Assembly: GCA_964615185.1 (NCBI GenBank)
Contig: CAZTOS010000016.1
Span: 1-34,403, forward strand
DNA from: an uncultured Thermococci archaeon
Lineage (GTDB): Archaea; Methanobacteriota_B; Thermococci; Thermococcales; Thermococcaceae
Direction: 5' to 3'
DNA length: 34,403 bases
The position numbers and the translations under genes were made by a program. How positions within the stretch are numbered: the stretch's first letter is position 1; every line of letters starts with the position of its first letter. The notes under the pieces are model-generated. The model had not been told where the DNA came from. It was given only the letters and a program-made list of their open reading frames with translations, and ran no database searches. Positions 28,045 to 34,403 of the stretch are shown here, one piece after another.

Positions 28045-29442
28045 ATGGAAGTAAAAAAATTTGATTTAAACATAGAAAAAATACTGGAAGATTGGGAGGT
28101 GTACCATGCAATAAGAGAAATCATTGCTAATGCTATTGATGAACAAATATTGACGAACACTGAACCTATTAAAATTTGGAAGGATGAAGAAGGCAGATGG
28201 CACATAAGGGATTTTGGAAGAGGGCTAAGGTATGAACATCTCACACAGAAAGAAAATGACGAAAAGCTCAGAAATCCACATGTGATTGGCAAGTTCGGTA
28301 TAGGACTAAAAGATGCTTTAGCTACATTTGATAGGCATGGGGTAAAAGTCGTTATAAAATCAAAATATGGAGACATAACTATTGGTAAGTCTCAGAAATA
28401 TGGATTTAAGGATATAACAACACTTCATGCTTTTATTTATCCACCATCGGATCCGAATTTCGTAGGAACAGAATTTGTTTTAGAAGGAGTTACAGATGAA
28501 GATATTAAAAAAGCAAAAGACTTGTTTCTAATTTTCTCTGGAGAGAGGATAATTGAAAAAACACCTTATGGAGAAGTATTAGAAAAGAAGGGCAACATAG
28601 CAAGGATCTATATAAATGGTGTAAAAGTAGCTGAAGAAGATAATTTTCTTTTCAGTTATAATATAACTTCTCTTACAAAAAAGATAAGACAAGCGCTTAA
28701 TAGGGAAAGAACAAATGTAGGTAGAAATGCATATTCAGATAGGATAAAGAGTATCCTGTTATCTTGCAAGAGTAGAGAAGTAGCTGAACGTCTCGTTAGG
28801 GATTTAGAGAGCTTTTCTATTGGTAATATGCACGATGAACTCAAATGGATAGCTGTTCAAGAACATGCTGTTAAAATATTAAATGCTATGGAAAAGGTCG
28901 TTTTTTTAACTCCTAATGAACTAATAAGTGCAAGTAATATGGTCGACGAGGCAAAATCTAGCGGTTATAGAATAATCACGATACCAGAAAACCTAAAAGA
29001 AAAAGTTAAGGGATTAAAGGATATATCCGGTAATCCTATTCGTGATTTGAACCAGTTCTACAAAGAATACGAAGAAAGCTTTGAGTTTAAGTTTGTTGAA
29101 CCACACCAGTTAACCGAAAAAGAGAGGAAAGTTTTCGAGATGACCGATAAAATATTCTTTCTTATTGGAGGCAAGCCTAAAAAGATAAGACAAGTAAAAA
29201 TCTCTGAGACCATGAGGAAGGAATTTGGATCTTGGGGCGAAACAACTGGAATATGGGATCCTGCTACTAGAACCATCATTATAAAGAGAAGTGAACTTGA
29301 AAGTATAGAGAGATATGCAGGAACTCTTCTACATGAAGTTGCTCATGCTCTTAGTAGAGCGAGTGATGTTAGTAGAGAATTCGAACTAGAGCTTACAAAT
29401 CTTTTAGGAAAAATTGCAGAAAAAGCATTAAAGCAACAATAG
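28045..29442 (+). CDS. GHKL (HATPase) ATPase with C-terminal HExxH zincin-like motif
   Basis: REIIANAIDE, DFGRG, IGKFGIGLK, GTEF; C-terminal GTLLHEVAH. Confidence 0.85.
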   Translation: MEVKKFDLNIEKILEDWEVYHAIREIIANAIDEQILTNTEPIKIWKDEEGRWHIRDFGRGLRYEHLTQKENDEKLRNPHVIGKFGIGLKDALATFDRHGVKVVIKSKYGDITIGKSQKYGFKDITTLHAFIYPPSDPNFVGTEFVLEGVTDEDIKKAKDLFLIFSGERIIEKTPYGEVLEKKGNIARIYINGVKVAEEDNFLFSYNITSLTKKIRQALNRERTNVGRNAYSDRIKSILLSCKSREVAERLVRDLESFSIGNMHDELKWIAVQEHAVKILNAMEKVVFLTPNELISASNMVDEAKSSGYRIITIPENLKEKVKGLKDISGNPIRDLNQFYKEYEESFEFKFVEPHQLTEKERKVFEMTDKIFFLIGGKPKKIRQVKISETMRKEFGSWGETTGIWDPATRTIIIKRSELESIERYAGTLLHEVAHALSRASDVSREFELELTNLLGKIAEKALKQQ

Positions 29443-29575
29443 CACTCCTTTCATAATTATATTTATTTAATGACAATGCTACAAACTAAAGCTCAGGCTC
29501 TATCTTGTCAACTAATTGAATGAATTAGTTGTATCTTTATGTTACTTATAGATTCCCAAGCCTTTTTGCTGTCTC

Positions 29576-30931
29576 TCATTTCTTTTCTATGTTAATCTCC
29601 TTCAGGGCATTTTGAAAATCTTCCATAGTCACCATAATGTCCTTGTAATGTTGGATTTCTTGAAGTCCTCTCCTTTTTGCAGCATTTATGATAGCTTTTC
29701 TGAGCAGATTCCTCAAATCTCTTAAGCTATACCCTTCAGTTTTCTTAGAAAGTTCAACCAAACTGACATCGCTTGCTAACGGCACACGTCGAGCATATAT
29801 TTTAAGTGCTTCAAGTCTGCCACCTTCATCTAGAGAAGGAACTTGAATTATTTCGTCAAAAACACTTAAAACTTCGGGATCAATGCTTTCTAAATTATCT
29901 GTAGTTGAAAGAACGATGACTCTTTGTGTCTTTCTTACTTCCTCTAACAAGGTAAGCAACTTGTATAGTATTCTCTTTTCGAATTCTCCCGCATTCTCTC
30001 TTTTTGGAGCCATAAGGTGCAAGTTATCAATAACAATGATAGCAGGGGCCTTTTGAATTGCTGTTTTGAAGGTATTTTCTAGAAGTTTAACTCCTTCCTC
30101 AGGAGTGAAACTCATAATCTCTGCGGCTTGGATATTAAGCAAAAAGTAATTTTTACTTTGAAGACTAAGGTTTTCTATAACTCCGCTGATAAAAAATGTT
30201 TCATTTCCGCTTTTTGGTTCACTATAAAGGAGTATTCCTGTTGTCGGAATCTGCATTTCATCTGGTATTCCTTTCAAATATAAAATAATAATCTGCTCCA
30301 CATACTTTTGAAGGTTTACATATGTGTTTTTCTCCGGTTTAATGTATCTACTGGATCTTTCTGAGATAGTAAGATCCGTAATTTCTGTTATTTGTACTAC
30401 CCCCGAAGGGGTTGTCGCTGTAACTACAAAAGTGAGCTCCTGACCAAGAATGCCAATTTCAATGTAGTCTCCTCTGACAACGGCTCTTTTAATGAGCCTT
30501 GAGTGAAGCCAGTTAATGAAGTCAGATCCGAAGTGAATTGGCTCAATTGGTGCTAAAACAACCTTCTTTGCCTCTTTGATTTCTGTTTTCCTTATAGTTA
30601 CCTTATCTCCAAGTCCAACTCCGGCGTTCTTTCTGATTGTACCATCCATTCTTATTATATCTGGAAAATTTTCATCTTCCGGATAAGCCGGCCAAACAAC
30701 TGCCGCTGTGTTTTTTGTACCGATAATCTCTACTACATCCCCAGGGCGAGTTCCTATTTTTCCCATGACTTTTCTACTGATCCTAACTATTCCTCTGCCA
30801 ACATCTCTCTGATAAGCAGAAGCAACTTTAAGTGTGATCTCACTTTCGAGTGTACCTTTCTCACTGGAAGACTCATCAGTGTTAGAAAAGTTCGACCTAC
30901 TATCTTTTTCTTTTTTTCCAAACAGAGACAT
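29576..30931 (-). CDS. CDC48/VAT-derived protein: intact N-domain plus one degenerate AAA module
   Basis: LKVASAYQRDVGRGIVRI...IIRMDGTIRKNAGVGLGD N-domain; Walker A reads YSEPKSGNET, Walker B IDNLH, no RPGR arginine finger. Confidence 0.85.
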   Translation of the reverse strand: MSLFGKKEKDSRSNFSNTDESSSEKGTLESEITLKVASAYQRDVGRGIVRISRKVMGKIGTRPGDVVEIIGTKNTAAVVWPAYPEDENFPDIIRMDGTIRKNAGVGLGDKVTIRKTEIKEAKKVVLAPIEPIHFGSDFINWLHSRLIKRAVVRGDYIEIGILGQELTFVVTATTPSGVVQITEITDLTISERSSRYIKPEKNTYVNLQKYVEQIIILYLKGIPDEMQIPTTGILLYSEPKSGNETFFISGVIENLSLQSKNYFLLNIQAAEIMSFTPEEGVKLLENTFKTAIQKAPAIIVIDNLHLMAPKRENAGEFEKRILYKLLTLLEEVRKTQRVIVLSTTDNLESIDPEVLSVFDEIIQVPSLDEGGRLEALKIYARRVPLASDVSLVELSKKTEGYSLRDLRNLLRKAIINAAKRRGLQEIQHYKDIMVTMEDFQNALKEINIEKK

Positions 30932-31272
30932 ATGACCACCAACAATTCATTATTATCTTAAAGCATAAAAATATGTCTATACCTAACTTACTCCCTACTG
31001 ATAGGACAAATTGTAAGAAACAAACTCGATGAGTCCAATGAGTACTCCGAGTATTTCCCATATATTCATAAAAATCGAAATGAACTTGGCATTAAGGTCC
31101 CCTAATGCAAACATTTTCCAGCTCCCCTCAATTTTAGCAAAACACTAACTAAAGCAAAATATTTATAGCAAATAAAACTAAAGCAAAAAGAAGGCTAAGT
31201 AATCAATATTTACCGGCAATGAATGTCTATAAATCTCATCCAAAATGTTTATATTCAAAAAGTCTCATAATA

Positions 31273-31290
31273 AGGTAATAATATTTACCT
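31273..31290. promoter_or_regulatory. Inverted repeat AGGTAA-N6-TTACCT upstream of abiEi
   Basis: Lies between a TTTATA box (near 31248) and the RBS; AATATTTACC also occurs at 31205. Confidence 0.45.
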
Positions 31291-31304
31291 GATGGTGAGA
31301 AAAC

Positions 31305-32078
31305 ATGAATAAAATGAAAGTCCTAACAAAGCTCTTGGAGCTTGGGGAAGTCTTCACAATTCAGGAAGCACTTGACCACCTTAAAATTGACAGGAACTTA
31401 ATGAAGTATTACCTCAAAGTTCTCTCCGAAGCAGGCTTCATAAAAAGGATTGGCAAGGGCATTTACGCTATAACACCAAATCCCAACGAACCCCCATCAG
31501 TCCATGAATTCGTTCTTGCTTCTCTCCTCGTAAAGCCAAGTGCCATAGCCTACTGGAGTGCCCTGAATTACTATGGTTTAACAGAGCAGATCCCTAATAT
31601 TGTCTTTGTACAGACACCAAGAAAGAGAGGCTATGAGAAAATCGTTGAATTCAACAACAGGAAGTTCAAAATAGTGACAGTGAAGCCCAACAAGTTCTTT
31701 GGTTTGAATATAGTAAAGATTGGGAGGAGAGATGTCAACATCACAGACCCAGAGAAGACCATAGTGGACTGTCTGGACAAGCCCAGATATTGTGGCGGAA
31801 TAATCGAGGTTGTGAAAGCCTTAAAGAATGCAAGCTTTAACCAAGAGAAGCTTTTACAGTACGCTCAAAGAATGGAAAACAAAGCAATTTTGAAGAGGCT
31901 GGGATATATCAGTGAACGACTGGGTTTAGGGTTGGAGGAAAAAATTCAACTTTCAGATAAAGATAGAAAAAGTTTTTCACTCCTTGATCCAACGATGCCT
32001 GCCAAGGGGAAGTTTAACTACAAATGGGGACTTCTGGTAAACGTTCCCAAAGATTACTGGGAGGAGTTGGAATGGTGA
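31305..32078 (+). CDS. AbiEi-like type IV TA antitoxin / regulator
   Basis: N-terminal wHTH (GFIKRIGKGIY), AYWSALNYYGLTEQIP, TDPEKTIVDCLDKP. Confidence 0.9.
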   Translation: MNKMKVLTKLLELGEVFTIQEALDHLKIDRNLMKYYLKVLSEAGFIKRIGKGIYAITPNPNEPPSVHEFVLASLLVKPSAIAYWSALNYYGLTEQIPNIVFVQTPRKRGYEKIVEFNNRKFKIVTVKPNKFFGLNIVKIGRRDVNITDPEKTIVDCLDKPRYCGGIIEVVKALKNASFNQEKLLQYAQRMENKAILKRLGYISERLGLGLEEKIQLSDKDRKSFSLLDPTMPAKGKFNYKWGLLVNVPKDYWEELEW

Positions 32079-32899
32079 TCGATGAAATCAAAAGGAAAAG
32101 CTTTGAATTAGGTTTGCCAATCTCAACAATTGAAAAAGATTATGTAATCGGCTGGATTCTTTACGGAGTCTGGAGGAGCGGACTCTGGAAGGACTTGGCG
32201 TTCAAAGGCGGGACGTGTCTGAAGAAAGCTTACTTCAGGGATTACCGCTTTTCTGAGGATTTGGACTACACTTTGACTGAGAAAGTTAGTGAAGACAAGC
32301 TTAAGGAGAGACTTGAAAGGATGCTGGAGTTCGCAAACGCTGGCCCAGTGGAGTTTTTGGGATTGGAATTTGAGCCCCGCTATGGAGTTAGGAATTTTGA
32401 AGGAGAACTGTTGGGATTTGAGATTAAGATCCCGTTCAGACTTGTCAGAAGAACGGGAATCCCATCAAAGATAAAGATGGACATCACGTTGGAAAAGTAT
32501 GAGAAGATTGTACTCCCGTTGCAGGAGAGGAAGTTACTTCATGAATATTCTGATGCGGACAAGTTTTCACTGGTGAGGCTGAAATCCTATAGTTTGGAAG
32601 AGATTTTTGCCGAGAAAGTCCGCTCGCTCTTTCAGAGGACAAGACCAAGAGATTTGTATGATGTGTGGAGATTGAGGGACATTATCAAATTGAAGACTGT
32701 TATTAGCATTCTTCCCGAAAAGTTCAGACTTAAGAATGTCCAGTTTGAGCTGGAACTCTTTAAAGAACGTAGAATCTACTATGAGAGGGCTTGGGAGAGG
32801 AGCTTAGCTCATCAAATAAATCCGCTCCCAGAATTTAATAGAGTCTGGAATGATGTTCTAAAATTCTTGAAGGAACTCAAGGAGAGTGTTAAGCTATGA
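32072..32899 (+). CDS. AbiEii/AbiGii nucleotidyltransferase toxin (DUF1814)
   Basis: IEKDY, FKGGTCLKK, RFSEDLDY, EEIFAEK, RPRDLYD; start at ATG 32072 overlapping abiEi. Confidence 0.92.
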   Translation: MVIDEIKRKSFELGLPISTIEKDYVIGWILYGVWRSGLWKDLAFKGGTCLKKAYFRDYRFSEDLDYTLTEKVSEDKLKERLERMLEFANAGPVEFLGLEFEPRYGVRNFEGELLGFEIKIPFRLVRRTGIPSKIKMDITLEKYEKIVLPLQERKLLHEYSDADKFSLVRLKSYSLEEIFAEKVRSLFQRTRPRDLYDVWRLRDIIKLKTVISILPEKFRLKNVQFELELFKERRIYYERAWERSLAHQINPLPEFNRVWNDVLKFLKELKESVKL

Positions 32900-33603
32900 G
32901 AATTAAAGCTGTTGTTTATTCTCGTGTGAGTACTGAAGAGCAAAATCCAAAAGCTCAACTTGAAGTTGTCTTACAATATGCCCAAGAGAGAGGTTATGAA
33001 GTCGTGAAAATTTTTGAGGAGCAGATTAGCGGGAGCACGGATCCACTGGAGAGGCCAGTTTTTAAAGAGCTCCTAAAATTCGTGAAAGAGAATGACATTG
33101 GGGCTGTTATTCTCTACGACCTTACCAGATTTTACAGAGCCGCAAGCCCCACACAAGCCCTTAACAAGCTCAGGCAAATTATGGATGAGTATGAAGTGTT
33201 CTTCGACTTTGCAAGAGAGCCGGAAATAGAGGATCCACTCTTTCGGGAATTCTGGATGTTCGTTAAGAGCTGGTTCGCCAGCTATGAGCGTTTGCAGATC
33301 AGTTTGAGGACAAAGTACGGCTTGATGAGGCTTAAGAGGGAAGGGAAGCTTTACCACAAGCCTTCAATTGTTCACTACTACGCTGCCTGGCTTTATGATA
33401 AAGACTTCAGTGAACTAACGAAGGAAGAGCTGGAGAGTGCAAGAAAGCAGTTAGTGAAGATTGTAAAGAAGTACTGGGACAATCCCGCCGTGAAGAAGAC
33501 GAAAATTGGGGAACTGTTAAAGCAGAATGAATTGAGGGAGATGTACATAAGGTTTCCAAAGGCTCCAGACAGTTATTTTACTTGGAGGCGGCTCTTGAAA
33601 TAA
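32896..33603 (+). CDS. Serine recombinase (resolvase/invertase family)
   Basis: VYSRVSTEEQ catalytic Ser motif, ISG...ERPVFKELL, DLTRFYR, ERLQISLRTKYGL; ATGA overlap with abiEii. Confidence 0.9.
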   Translation: MRIKAVVYSRVSTEEQNPKAQLEVVLQYAQERGYEVVKIFEEQISGSTDPLERPVFKELLKFVKENDIGAVILYDLTRFYRAASPTQALNKLRQIMDEYEVFFDFAREPEIEDPLFREFWMFVKSWFASYERLQISLRTKYGLMRLKREGKLYHKPSIVHYYAAWLYDKDFSELTKEELESARKQLVKIVKKYWDNPAVKKTKIGELLKQNELREMYIRFPKAPDSYFTWRRLLK

Positions 33604-33637
33604 TTTTGTTACTAAATTTTTTATTATTTTGTATACT

Positions 33638-34403
33638 CTAGAGTCCAAGATCCCAAGAGATTTTTTGAATTAAGGACTCACCTAAGTTCCCTTTCCTGTA
33701 ATGCTCCAAATATAAAGGTATAAATCCAGTCCTTAATATAGAAACAGCTTCTTTTTTTCTTAACTTAGGACGAACATATTTTATAAATAGACATCTCGAT
33801 TCTTTATACCCACGTAAAGCATTGAGTACTATATTTGAAATATAATCCGCAACTTGAATCCCAAAAGAATATGTAGAAACTTCAAATGCTATTGAATCCT
33901 TTATGTGAGAGTATTTTTCTACGAACTCTCCTCTAAGAAATATTTCGCTATAAAATCTAGATAATGGTTTTAGAAAAGCCACATCATATAATATAATCCC
34001 TCTTTTCCCTTGTTCTTTTAGTTCATCCTCAATTCGTAACATTATTGTTTGAAGGAAATCTCTCTCTATATCCCTTTGATTTTTAAAAACCCTTTCAAAA
34101 AAATATGTCCATACTACAATGATAACAGAACTTCTTGGTATTAGTTTAAGACTCTTCTCGAGAAATTCCATATAGTATTCATATCCCTTCTTACTATCCA
34201 CAAGGTATTTTTTAAGCCTCTTATTACATCTTTTTTCTAAGTTAGGGCTATTCTTTTCCTGACATATTTTCAAAAACCATATGTCAGAAGTCTTTAACTC
34301 TTCATCTTTTGGAATCCCATATTCTTCTTTTAAAGATAGAAACTCATTAGAGGCTTTAAAATATTCTTTTTCCGGAATCACAACAACACTTCTTAGGTAA
34401 TAA
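33638..34403 (-). CDS. DUF3800-like RNase H-fold protein, 5'-truncated by the window edge
   Basis: Frame is open to the window end (YYLRSVVVIPEK...); ELKTS and GIQVADY motifs. Confidence 0.72.
   Translation of the reverse strand, partial: YYLRSVVVIPEKEYFKASNEFLSLKEEYGIPKDEELKTSDIWFLKICQEKNSPNLEKRCNKRLKKYLVDSKKGYEYYMEFLEKSLKLIPRSSVIIVVWTYFFERVFKNQRDIERDFLQTIMLRIEDELKEQGKRGIILYDVAFLKPLSRFYSEIFLRGEFVEKYSHIKDSIAFEVSTYSFGIQVADYISNIVLNALRGYKESRCLFIKYVRPKLRKKEAVSILRTGFIPLYLEHYRKGNLGESLIQKISWDLGL

Noticed and set aside
35..33357. Many 60-130 aa ORFs overlapping the long genes (e.g. 495-791, 5635-5949, 12263-12568, 27990-28376)
   Set aside because: Antisense or alternate-frame shadows of well-supported CDSs with no independent motifs
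1..34403. Element boundaries (attL/attR)
   Set aside because: No long direct repeat, tRNA target or tyrosine integrase is visible; plasmid versus integrated state cannot be decided from this window

Overview
Archaeal DNA that looks like Thermococcales (GGTGA-type RBSs, Thermococcales-like Pcp, CDC48 and NucS domains). It reads as an accessory island, integrated element or plasmid. Contents, left to right: a non-chromosomal-type Orc1/Cdc6; an OLD-family ATPase-TOPRIM protein with an inserted, apparently dead NucS-type nuclease domain; a 0.9-kb non-coding region that looks like a replication origin; an HTH/nucleotidyltransferase pair; a lipoprotein thermonuclease; an IS605 (tnpA/tnpB) next to a KaiC-like remnant; a convergent RelE/antitoxin pair between inverted repeats; a peptide-utilisation block (Lrp, pcp, M20 amidohydrolase, SSS transporter); a four-gene membrane/surface operon; a GHKL-zincin fusion; a CDC48 derivative with a dead ATPase; AbiEi/AbiEii plus a serine recombinase; and a partial DUF3800 gene. 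The strongest non-coding signal is an eight-copy TGTTTATCAYYTGYA repeat found around cdc6, in the putative origin and inside a distant gene. A second motif, a GAATTGC-N7-RCAATTC palindrome, links the origin to a small wHTH gene. All calls come from reading motifs by eye; no database searches were run.
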